A program made the translations under genes and the position numbers. The notes beneath the pieces were generated by a model. The model was given only the letters and a program-made list of their open reading frames with translations. It made no database searches and had not been told where the DNA came from. Shown here piece after piece: positions 38,451 to 46,774 of a stretch of 64,000 nucleotides of DNA (position 1 is its first letter; each line of letters begins with the position of its first letter). Origin of the DNA: Flavobacteriales bacterium (GTDB lineage Bacteria; Bacteroidota; Bacteroidia; Flavobacteriales; BACL11); NCBI GenBank assembly GCA_014239655.1, contig JAAZYM010000060.1, positions 2,023 through 66,022 on the forward strand, written 5' to 3'.

Positions 38451-40895
38451 TTAGAAGCGAAGGATTAGCTTTAGATTAATTTGCCTTCTTGTTAGATAAT
38501 TAGGGACAGCATATTGTCTCCCGCCTATATCAGAAACCCATAAATATGAGACAGTATTATTTATGTCAAGTAGATTAAATACTTCAGCGCTTATCCATGC
38601 AGAATTAAAAATATTCATGAACCTGATTTTGGCTCTTTTGTTTTCTGATTTTAGTATTGCTGAAAAACCAATATCTACTCTTCTATAGTCAGGTATTCTT
38701 AAGATGTCTTGATATTTTTCAGATTTTGGAGGTCCAAATGGAAGTCCTGAACCATATATCATATTAAGATGCATCTTATAATTAAGATTCCCTGGAATAT
38801 AATCTTGAAAGAATAAACTAAAATTTATTCTCTGATCAGTGGGCCTAGGAATATAGCCTGGCTCAATAGTATTTCCTTCTGAGTCTATATAACTATCACC
38901 AATAATATCTTCTTCAGTTTGCATGATTGATAGACTTGCCCAGCTTTCTACACCGGAAACAAATTCTCCATTAATCTTAAAATCTATGCCTGTTGCATAT
39001 CCGCTTGAATTATTTTCAGCTAAATATTGTATCCTAACATTATCAACCTTATACGGTATTAGGTTATCTAATTTTTTATAGTAAAGCTCTGTAATCCATT
39101 TAAAAGGACGTCCCCATTTATAGAATAGATAATCTGAACCTAAAACGTAATGAATAGATTTCTGTGATAAGATATTATTATTTAATTCCCCATTTGGATA
39201 TCTTAATTCTTTGTAAAATGGTGATTGATAATAAATTCCAGATGCCAATCTAAATACTACGTCTTTCTCCCAGTTTGGGGCATATGCTAATGATATTCTT
39301 GGGGAAACAAGCAGTTCTTCGTTATATGACCAATAACTGGATCGAGTACCAGCATTTAGTGAAAAACTATTTATGTCTTTAGAGTATTCTATGAATCCAG
39401 ATTGTCTAGAGGAGGAAATATTTATTTCACTTTTTAATAGATTATTTATTGTTACTGTTTGATTTGGGTCTGATGGAAAGCCTATTGAGTCTGATGGGTG
39501 AGGAAGAGTAAATCCTGCTGAATCAATTAATGTCCATTCACTTATTTTATCATCAATTTCTTCTTTTTGGAATTGTAGCCCCCAATTAATAGTAGTATTA
39601 TCATTATTGTAATTTCCTTTATGTGAGAAATTAATAACTTTTGCATCTAATGAGTTTCTAGCATGGTTAATATGTTTTCCTACTCCTCTGTCAAATGCAA
39701 CATCACCAAAATTATCAGATCCAAGGTTGTTGTCTAATTGGTACAGCCAATATTCTCCTAGAATATCAAAATTTTCTTGTTCAAATGTTTGGAAAGCAGA
39801 TGTTGTTAATTGAAGCTGAAGACGGGTATTGGGATTGTATTTTGTTGATAGTGCCCCAAAGTAGGTTTCATATTTATCTAATTCCTGACCTTCAAAAAAT
39901 ATCGTTAACCTAAGTGCTTCATTAAATGTACCAAAATCAGTGTTCCTGTCTTGAGGTATCATCTGATATTGGTTCTTTGAGATATTAGTTAGCAGGCTTA
40001 TATCCCAATTAGTATTTAGCTTATAATTTAAAAATGTTTGTAAATCAGAAAATCTAGGGTTATACTCTGCATCTGTATCTAGACTATTTAAAAGATATTG
40101 ATTGGTTTTATGTCTTATTCCAAAGAGATAACTAAACCTCCTGTTTTTATTAGTTCCTTCAAAATGGGCAGAACCTCCTAATAGACTTAGACTAAGTGAT
40201 GCAGCTGTTTTTTTAGGTTTTTTATATTTTATATCAAGTACTGAAGACATTTTGTCTCCATATTTAGCTGAAAATCCTCCGGCTGAGAATAATATACTAC
40301 CAACTAGATCTGAGTTAACAAAACTTAATCCTTCTTGTTGACCAGAGTGTATAAGAAATGGTCTATAGACTTCTATGCCATTGACATAAACAAGGTTTTC
40401 ATCAAAATTACCTCCTCTTACTGAATATTGTGAGCTAAGTTCATTTGCAGAGCTTACTCCAGGTAATGTTTTTAATACTGATTCAATACCCCCATTTGAT
40501 CCAGGTATTACTTCAACATGTTTTGTTTTTATTCTACTTAAGTTGTTTTTTCTGCTTTTCTGATCTTTAACTATAATGTCTTTAAGGATTGTATTAGATT
40601 CTGATAGGACAATATTTAACTTATATTTTTGTCCTTGCTTTAGCATTGGAATTCTAATTTTTTCTATTTGATAGCCTATAAAACTAAATGCTATTACATG
40701 AGATCGGTTAGCTTCAATATTTATATTGTAATTCCCGTCTTTGTCTGATATTATTCCACTACTCTTGTTTATTATTGAAATATTCACAGATCCTAAAGGA
40801 ATGTTTTTACTGTCAGTTATTTTTCCTTCAATAGATTGTCCTTTTAGATTAAGAACAGAGAACACAAAAAGATATATAAGGATGTGTGCTTTCAT
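38451..40895 (-). CDS. TonB-dependent receptor with N-terminal carboxypeptidase-regulatory-like domain
   Basis: Signal peptide, CarboxypepD_reg pattern (IEGKITDSKN.PL..VNI......G..SD.DG.Y), plug region (LKTLPGVS), a long beta-barrel and a C-terminal aromatic residue (ILRF). Confidence 0.85.
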   Translation of the reverse strand: MKAHILIYLFVFSVLNLKGQSIEGKITDSKNIPLGSVNISIINKSSGIISDKDGNYNINIEANRSHVIAFSFIGYQIEKIRIPMLKQGQKYKLNIVLSESNTILKDIIVKDQKSRKNNLSRIKTKHVEVIPGSNGGIESVLKTLPGVSSANELSSQYSVRGGNFDENLVYVNGIEVYRPFLIHSGQQEGLSFVNSDLVGSILFSAGGFSAKYGDKMSSVLDIKYKKPKKTAASLSLSLLGGSAHFEGTNKNRRFSYLFGIRHKTNQYLLNSLDTDAEYNPRFSDLQTFLNYKLNTNWDISLLTNISKNQYQMIPQDRNTDFGTFNEALRLTIFFEGQELDKYETYFGALSTKYNPNTRLQLQLTTSAFQTFEQENFDILGEYWLYQLDNNLGSDNFGDVAFDRGVGKHINHARNSLDAKVINFSHKGNYNNDNTTINWGLQFQKEEIDDKISEWTLIDSAGFTLPHPSDSIGFPSDPNQTVTINNLLKSEINISSSRQSGFIEYSKDINSFSLNAGTRSSYWSYNEELLVSPRISLAYAPNWEKDVVFRLASGIYYQSPFYKELRYPNGELNNNILSQKSIHYVLGSDYLFYKWGRPFKWITELYYKKLDNLIPYKVDNVRIQYLAENNSSGYATGIDFKINGEFVSGVESWASLSIMQTEEDIIGDSYIDSEGNTIEPGYIPRPTDQRINFSLFFQDYIPGNLNYKMHLNMIYGSGLPFGPPKSEKYQDILRIPDYRRVDIGFSAILKSENKRAKIRFMNIFNSAWISAEVFNLLDINNTVSYLWVSDIGGRQYAVPNYLTRRQINLKLILRF

Positions 40896-40991
40896 AAAAA
40901 AGCAAAAGTATAATATTAATGCTACATTATAAACTCTAGTTAGTGAAGTTTATTATATAATATTTTTATAAATTTACTCTAATAAAATTTT

Positions 40992-41369
40992 ATGAAAGAT
41001 AAAATCCCATTATCCGGTATAGTTGTTCCTTTATTATATCTTTTCTTAGCGATTGCTTGTTTATTTTTTAGTAATGAGATTTATGTCGCTACTTTTAATG
41101 TTATTCCGGTGTTTGATTATGAGTATAATATTATCAGTATGGCTATCTGGAATTTTACTTATGTAGTTTTAATTAGGTTTATTTATACAAAACATCAAAA
41201 TGTATATTTAGAGCTTATTCCTGTCTTTGCATTGGTTGAGTTTCTGCATTTTCTTATGTGTATATATATTTTTTATATCTTTCAAACACAATCTATTGTT
41301 GTTACTGGTATTATTCATTTAGGCCTATTATATTTGTTTTTATATGAAAGAAAGCTCTTCAAGAGATAA
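40992..41369 (+). CDS. Small 4-TM membrane protein, paralog A of a tandem trio
   Basis: 125 aa and almost entirely hydrophobic. Distantly similar to the next two ORFs (shared Y..LI segment after TM2). Confidence 0.5.
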   Translation: MKDKIPLSGIVVPLLYLFLAIACLFFSNEIYVATFNVIPVFDYEYNIISMAIWNFTYVVLIRFIYTKHQNVYLELIPVFALVEFLHFLMCIYIFYIFQTQSIVVTGIIHLGLLYLFLYERKLFKR

Positions 41370-41718
41370 GCCCCTTTATTCTGTTTATTTTGTAGTATTT
41401 TATTGGTTTTTTTTAGGTGTGATAAATTATTTCTATTCTACATATTGGTTTTTTCTGGAAGATAGCACGATTACTAGAGACCCTTCTAGGGCCGTATTTT
41501 TGTTTTCAGCTGCAATGTTAACATATCAAATTTATAATATTTCTAAACAATTGTATCAGCGTCTTATAGATACCATCATCGTGATGTTATTTGTTATGTT
41601 AATTATTTATCCTACTTTTTGTTTATTTGGAGCGTTTATATTTAATCTTACTTATCTTGTATTTGTTTTTTTTCATTTTTTAATTATTATATCTATGCTT
41701 TATGATAAAAATAGATAA
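41344..41718 (+). CDS. Small 4-TM membrane protein, paralog B of a tandem trio
   Basis: 124 aa. Shares a 36-residue block with paralog C (15 identities by my hand alignment: A....YQI...S..LY.RL.DT....LF...I..P). Overlaps paralog A by 26 nt. Confidence 0.5.
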   Translation: MKESSSRDKPLYSVYFVVFYWFFLGVINYFYSTYWFFLEDSTITRDPSRAVFLFSAAMLTYQIYNISKQLYQRLIDTIIVMLFVMLIIYPTFCLFGAFIFNLTYLVFVFFHFLIIISMLYDKNR

Positions 41719-42064
41719 GATAAATTCTGCTAATTTCATTTGCATTTATTTTCTCTTTATTGGATTGATATTAATTCTTTCTGATGTGTTTGGATTAGAG
41801 TTTAACCCAGAAATCTCCGATATTGTTTTTAAAGAAAGAGGAACATATTATATAATGGCCTCTCTTTTTATCTACCAGATTTTTCTTGCATCAGAAGAAT
41901 TATATGTTAGATTAGCTGATACGTTATCATTAGTGCTTTTTTTATTTATTATTTTTGAGCCTCTATATGACATGATGTCTCACCCATATATGATATGGTT
42001 TGATGTATCTATTGAAGTATTCTTTATTATGTTATTGCAATTTGAAAAATATTATTATAAATGA
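41702..42064 (+). CDS. Small 4-TM membrane protein, paralog C of a tandem trio
   Basis: 120 aa. Overlaps paralog B by 17 nt and arsC by 4 nt (ATGA). Confidence 0.5.
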   Translation: MIKIDKINSANFICIYFLFIGLILILSDVFGLEFNPEISDIVFKERGTYYIMASLFIYQIFLASEELYVRLADTLSLVLFLFIIFEPLYDMMSHPYMIWFDVSIEVFFIMLLQFEKYYYK

Positions 42065-42492
42065 AGAAAATTCTAGTTTTATGTACTGGAAACTCATGTA
42101 GATCGCAGATGGCACATGGATTTCTAGCTTCAATTCTGAATGAAGATTATATAATCTATAGTGCTGGAACTCATCCTGAGCTGGTGAATAAATATGCTGT
42201 TGAGGTTATGTCTGAGAAAGGGATTGATATATCAGATTATAAGTCTAATCATATTAATGAATATGTTGATAATGATATAGATTTTGTATTAACAGTCTGT
42301 GATAATGCGATGGATAGATGTCCTGTTTTTCCTAAAGCAACAATATTTATTCATAAAAGCTTTCAGGATCCAGCAAAAGCAAGAGGGTTATATGATCAGG
42401 TTATAAATATTTATCGAGATGTTAGGGATAAATTAGATATATATATAAATGATAATTTTATAGATATTATATCTTCTAATAGAAAAATTTAG
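42061..42492 (+). CDS. arsC: Arsenate reductase, LMW-PTPase family, thioredoxin-coupled type
   Basis: P-loop CTGNSCRSQMAHGF (C-x5-R-S) plus the downstream Cys pair in VCDNAMDRCPVF, equivalent to Cys82/Cys89 of Trx-coupled ArsC. Confidence 0.85.
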   Translation: MKKILVLCTGNSCRSQMAHGFLASILNEDYIIYSAGTHPELVNKYAVEVMSEKGIDISDYKSNHINEYVDNDIDFVLTVCDNAMDRCPVFPKATIFIHKSFQDPAKARGLYDQVINIYRDVRDKLDIYINDNFIDIISSNRKI

Positions 42493-44161
42493 CAGAATAA
42501 TTAGTTGTGTTCCCTAGCATGTCTACTACTTTAAGAGTAAAAGTGTTGTTTCCTTTTTTGATTATATTATCAAACTTATATTTTAATAATTTGCTTTTGT
42601 GGTCATAATCCATAAGTATCCAATCTTCATTTATCATTGCTGTAAATTCTTTAATACCACTTTCTTTGTCTTCTATGGTGCATTTAATGGTATTTTGTTT
42701 TTTAAGTGTTTTTCCTGGGTAGATGTTTACGCCTTTTATAATAGGGTTTATGGAGTCTATTGCTATAGCAAAGTCTCCTAGTTCAGATGTTGTAGCTGTA
42801 ATAGTATTGTTTTTCCATTTTCCACCAACATAGATAAAATTTTTATCTTTTATTCTTGCTATATATGCTCTTTCTTTTAGTTGTTTAGGAATCTCTGCTC
42901 TAATTGATATTTTTGCAGATTTATGAAGAGGAACAAAGTCAAAGTGACATTGATGGATATTACCGTAGATACCATCTACTGAATCTTTCTTAAGATAATT
43001 AAAGTTTATAGAACTGTAAATAGATTTTTCATGTATGTTAATTCTAAAATTGTTGTTTTCAAAAATATTTTCCTTGTTCCATGAAAAAAGTTTTGTTTTA
43101 TTTTTACTTTCTTGTGTCTTGGTTAATGTGTTTTCGTAATTGTTATCTAGCTTAATATTAAAGTTTAGTATTGAAATGTTTTGATAAGAATCGCTTACTT
43201 CAATTCTTATTTGATGAATACTATCATCTTTTAATTTTATATAACCATTATTGATTATCTCTTTGTAGTTTTTGAGTGTATTGTTCGGTAGTCGGAAGCA
43301 TTTGTGGAATTTCTTTTTGCTCTTTTGTTTTTCTGCATAATCTATATGTGCATTTATATATTTATTCTTATTAAAGTCTAACCTATCAAGTTTAAAAAAG
43401 TAAATAAGATTACTATCTAAGAAAACTTTAATTGAATTAACACCATTTTTATTGTATGCGTCATTTGATTGATCATATGTGTATATTCCTATTCCTGCTT
43501 TCTTAGATATATTAATAACACTATCAATGATATACCCATGGTTGGTTTTTTTAGTGTTATATATCTTAGTTTCTAAATTGTTTAACCCTTTAATTCCATA
43601 TATTTTAAGCTGTTTTATTATGGGTTTAACATGATCTTTTATTTTAAATCCATAATCTAATGGATTAATTGGTTGTTCTGTTTTTGTATCTCTTAATTCA
43701 AAATGTAGATGAGCTCCGCCACTACTACCGCTATTTCCTGAAAGAGCAATTATTTCTCCCTGTTTTACTGTTAGTGTATTTGCTTTTGGATATATATTAA
43801 TTTCGAATGATTTGTTCTGATATTGTTTCTTTTTAGTTATTGAGTCTATTTTTAATGAGAATTCTCTTAGGTGTGCATAAACAGAAGTTATTCCGTCATG
43901 ATGATTTATATATATTGCTTTACCATATCCAAATGATGACACCTTAATTCTTGATATATAACCATCTGCTATTGCGTATACTTTTTGCCCTTCAACTCCC
44001 TTTGTTTTAATATCTATACCGGTATGAAAGTGATTACTTCTGAGTTCACCAAAACTACCAGAAAGAAGTAATCTAAAATCCAATGGATTAATATAGTCTT
44101 GAGCTTTTAATCCTTGTCCTATCGATGAAAAAAATATTAGTAAGAAGAAAAATTTTTTCAT
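42476..44161 (-). CDS. M23 family metallopeptidase with long C-terminal extension
   Basis: Signal peptide, HTGIDI (H-x3-D) and GNSGSSGGAHLHFE (H-x-H) LytM/M23 motifs, followed by about 380 aa of beta-rich extension. Confidence 0.85.
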   Translation of the reverse strand: MKKFFFLLIFFSSIGQGLKAQDYINPLDFRLLLSGSFGELRSNHFHTGIDIKTKGVEGQKVYAIADGYISRIKVSSFGYGKAIYINHHDGITSVYAHLREFSLKIDSITKKKQYQNKSFEINIYPKANTLTVKQGEIIALSGNSGSSGGAHLHFELRDTKTEQPINPLDYGFKIKDHVKPIIKQLKIYGIKGLNNLETKIYNTKKTNHGYIIDSVINISKKAGIGIYTYDQSNDAYNKNGVNSIKVFLDSNLIYFFKLDRLDFNKNKYINAHIDYAEKQKSKKKFHKCFRLPNNTLKNYKEIINNGYIKLKDDSIHQIRIEVSDSYQNISILNFNIKLDNNYENTLTKTQESKNKTKLFSWNKENIFENNNFRINIHEKSIYSSINFNYLKKDSVDGIYGNIHQCHFDFVPLHKSAKISIRAEIPKQLKERAYIARIKDKNFIYVGGKWKNNTITATTSELGDFAIAIDSINPIIKGVNIYPGKTLKKQNTIKCTIEDKESGIKEFTAMINEDWILMDYDHKSKLLKYKFDNIIKKGNNTFTLKVVDMLGNTTNYSAKFFY

Positions 44162-44243
44162 AAGGCCCCTCCTGTATATTTAATAATAATAAGAATATGA
44201 TTTTATAAAATAATGGATCAAAAATATTAAATTTGTGTTATAT

Positions 44244-44531
44244 ATGTCTCTTAATAATCTAATATCTAACATAGAATCCAAGCTTAAGAATTTACTTTCT
44301 TCATATAATAAATTGAAGTTAGAGAATTCTGAGCTTCGTACAACTAACTCAAATTTATCTCTAGAACTAGAAGAAAATCGTAAGCAGGTTTCTTTATTGA
44401 ATGATAAAATAAAGATTATGAGTATTTCAAAATCTGTTGATGTATCAAAAGATGATGTTAAGGGAACTAAATTAAAAATTAACGAGTACATTAGAGAAAT
44501 AGATAAGTGTATTGCTCTATTAAATAATTAA
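44244..44531 (+). CDS. Coiled-coil protein upstream of zapA (ZapB-like by position only)
   Basis: 95 aa from the ATG at 44244. Heptad-like Leu/Asn/Lys/Glu-rich sequence. The stop lies 3 nt before the zapA ATG. Confidence 0.5.
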   Translation: MSLNNLISNIESKLKNLLSSYNKLKLENSELRTTNSNLSLELEENRKQVSLLNDKIKIMSISKSVDVSKDDVKGTKLKINEYIREIDKCIALLNN

Positions 44532-44534
44532 ACT

Positions 44535-44819
44535 ATGGATAAATTATCAATTAAATTAAATATCGCAAATAGATTCTACCCAATGAAAATCGAAAGAAGT
44601 TCAGAGGAAACAATAAGAAATGCAGTTAAGAAGATGGAATCTCGTTTAAAGTTTTATGAAGATAATTATGAAATAAAAGACAAACAAGATATTCTAGCGA
44701 TGTGTCTAATTGAATATGCTTCTAAACTAGAGAAAATTAGTAATAGGAAATTTATTGATGATGATGGTGTTTCTGAAAAATTAATTAACTTAGACAAGTT
44801 GTTGTCTGAGATTAATTAA
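44535..44819 (+). CDS. zapA: Cell division protein ZapA
   Basis: 94 aa. The pattern I.L.IA.R.YP..I....EE.IR.A.K.......Y.......D.QD.LAM matches short Bacteroidota ZapA proteins. Confidence 0.7.
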   Translation: MDKLSIKLNIANRFYPMKIERSSEETIRNAVKKMESRLKFYEDNYEIKDKQDILAMCLIEYASKLEKISNRKFIDDDGVSEKLINLDKLLSEIN

Positions 44820-44838
44820 AAGTTCTTTTTATAGATTT

Positions 44839-45030
44839 ATCCTGCATTACTTGATACTATTAAACTCAACACTAGTATTAATTAGAGTTGTGCTTAGTGC
44901 TTTAAAAACAGGCCTCGATAATATTCTATTTTATAGATATTATTCTTTTGTTTAAGACAGTGGAAGTTTGCGATTCATTAGCCTCTCTATCCATTTTATT
45001 ATGGAGTTTAATTTGTACTTAGTGCAGGAT
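44839..45030 (+). ncRNA. ssrS: Candidate 6S RNA (Flavobacteria type)
   Basis: A 270-nt non-coding gap after zapA. The 5' segment ATCCTGCA...ATTAAACTC (44839-44868) is complementary to the 3' segment GAGTTTAAT...TGCAGGAT (45003-45030), giving 8-bp and 9-bp helices around an internal loop. There is an internal AT hairpin ATAATAT/ATATTAT. The total is about 190 nt, followed by a strong terminator. The location mirrors the E. coli zapA-ssrS arrangement. Confidence 0.5.
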
Positions 45031-45038
45031 TTTTATAT

Positions 45039-45071
45039 AAAAAAGGGGAAGCATTTGCTTCCCCTTTTTTT
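45039..45071. terminator. Bidirectional Rho-independent terminator
   Basis: A6 run, stem GGGGAAGC, loop ATTT, stem GCTTCCCC, then T7. It sits between the candidate RNA (+) and the convergent T9SS hydrolase gene (-). Confidence 0.75.
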
Positions 45072-45089
45072 AGATAAAAGAATAATTTA

Positions 45090-46709
45090 TTATTCAATAA
45101 TAATTTTCTTCTTAACAGAAGAGACTTTTGTTTTTATATCAACAATGTATACTCCTTTTGCTAGATTGTTTGTTTTTAGCTTTGTAGTAGTTGCTCTTAC
45201 TTGTTTGCTTATAACCTTTTGACCAGATAGATTATATACTTCAACACTGTTAATTAATTCTGCATAACTTACAATATTTATATTATCAGTTGCAGGATTA
45301 GGATAAATTTCTGTTGTTTTCTCAATTATTTCATTCATATCAGTTGTAGAACCACCTAATCCTAGTACTTCATACATTCTTGGATTTAAGTATCCATGGA
45401 TAGTATCTAGATAAAGATTTCCTATTGAATCTGACATATTAGGCGCTCCTAATAATGAATTAGCGGCTCCGTATCCAGGAGGAGCTCCATGTATTACAGA
45501 AAACATTGCATCATATGTTGCTAAATCCCACCAATCCCATGGAGATGATTCATGATATGACATCTCTCCAAAGGCATTAGGCGTTGTTGAAGGAGCTGGT
45601 GTATCAAACACATATAATCCGTCATAAACTAATCCATGTTGAGCATCCCATGCGCTATTATAAGTATTTGCCATTTGAGTTAATGTATCAGTTAAACCTG
45701 CCTGATTAAATCCAGCATTATTACCCCATAGCGTGTTATAATGAGCAGCAGTACGAGAACCAACTACATCACTTATAACTAAATCTCCAGTAGTAGGAAC
45801 AATAACAACCCCACTATCAATTGCAGCAAATGGATCATTTTCACAGTGGAATGAAACTAATGGGATTCCAGTATAATCTAGCCAATCTAAATCTGCTAGC
45901 GTACCACCAAGGTTAAACGCCATATTTACATCATTACTATATGATGGATTGTTAGGGATATTCCAAAGTTCTGTTTGTCCTGTTGGTGAAACTGGTCCAG
46001 GTAAATAAGTTGAGTCAGTTCCGTCAATATTCCCAAAAAATGGAGGGTGTACAAATGGAGTAGGAGGTGATGTTGTTAAATCCATAAATTTAGGTAAGTA
46101 TAATTCTGATACAGTATCAAGAGTAATATAACCCATTGATAGATAACCACCAGTACCTTGTCCCCCTAGAACGATTTTAGTATCATCAATTCCATAAGTA
46201 TTACCATCTTCAGCAACAGTCTTTCTCATATATCTAACCATTGCTTTTGCATCTTGAATACCTCTATATGCAGCTTGAAGAATACTTGATGTTCTTACGA
46301 TTTGACTTGACGAAGTTGGATTCCATCCTTGTCTATAGTCCATTGAAACTGCTACATATCCTTTCTTTGCCCATCTTGTGCAATTTTCTACAATAGATAA
46401 GTCAGTTTTTGCTCCTGTAGCTTGACCATTTAGTACTGCGGGCAAGAAGCTTCCTGTATGAATAAGAACAATAACTGGTCTGTCAGTCATTGTGTCATTT
46501 TTTGGCTCATAAATATCACAAAATAGTGGTGCTGGCCCTGGAGCTGCTCCTTGCAGCATTGGAAGCACACTTATATTAGTAGCATACTGAACATCAGATG
46601 TTACAGTAACACTATCAAATATATTATCAAGATATCTTGTTTGAGCTGTAGCATTAATTCCAATAAAAATCAGAAGAATTGCTAAAATTTTCTGTATATG
46701 TGTTTTCAT
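45090..46709 (-). CDS. Secreted alpha/beta-hydrolase-like protein with T9SS C-terminal sorting domain
   Basis: Signal peptide, then an esterase-like core (RPVIVLIHTGSF ... YR ... D..A..RY ... IVLGGQGTGGY). The C-terminal roughly 75 aa (IYPNPATDNINIV...VYNLSGQKV...LAKGVYIVDIKT...KKKIIIE) match the type A Por/T9SS CTD pattern. Confidence 0.7.
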   Translation of the reverse strand: MKTHIQKILAILLIFIGINATAQTRYLDNIFDSVTVTSDVQYATNISVLPMLQGAAPGPAPLFCDIYEPKNDTMTDRPVIVLIHTGSFLPAVLNGQATGAKTDLSIVENCTRWAKKGYVAVSMDYRQGWNPTSSSQIVRTSSILQAAYRGIQDAKAMVRYMRKTVAEDGNTYGIDDTKIVLGGQGTGGYLSMGYITLDTVSELYLPKFMDLTTSPPTPFVHPPFFGNIDGTDSTYLPGPVSPTGQTELWNIPNNPSYSNDVNMAFNLGGTLADLDWLDYTGIPLVSFHCENDPFAAIDSGVVIVPTTGDLVISDVVGSRTAAHYNTLWGNNAGFNQAGLTDTLTQMANTYNSAWDAQHGLVYDGLYVFDTPAPSTTPNAFGEMSYHESSPWDWWDLATYDAMFSVIHGAPPGYGAANSLLGAPNMSDSIGNLYLDTIHGYLNPRMYEVLGLGGSTTDMNEIIEKTTEIYPNPATDNINIVSYAELINSVEVYNLSGQKVISKQVRATTTKLKTNNLAKGVYIVDIKTKVSSVKKKIIIE

Positions 46710-46774
46710 AAAATATTTTAGATTTGTTAGATCGATAAAATTAGAATATTTTTTGATTAAAATCAGAAAAATAT

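Noticed and set aside
40896-44161. A canonical ars resistance operon around arsC.
   Set aside because: No ArsR-type HTH regulator, Acr3/ArsB permease, ArsA or ArsD was found. The upstream ORFs are 120-aa proteins, far too small for known arsenite carriers, so the locus is reported as an unexplained arrangement instead.
44180-44491. 103-aa minus-strand ORF opposite the coiled-coil gene.
   Set aside because: It is the antisense image of a heptad-repeat coding region. The plus-strand gene is favoured because its stop lies 3 nt before the zapA ATG and it has a proper ATG.
44968-45222. 84-aa plus-strand ORF downstream of zapA.
   Set aside because: It starts inside the candidate 6S RNA, reads straight through a strong intrinsic terminator, and ends antisense within the T9SS hydrolase gene. 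The peptide is low-complexity.
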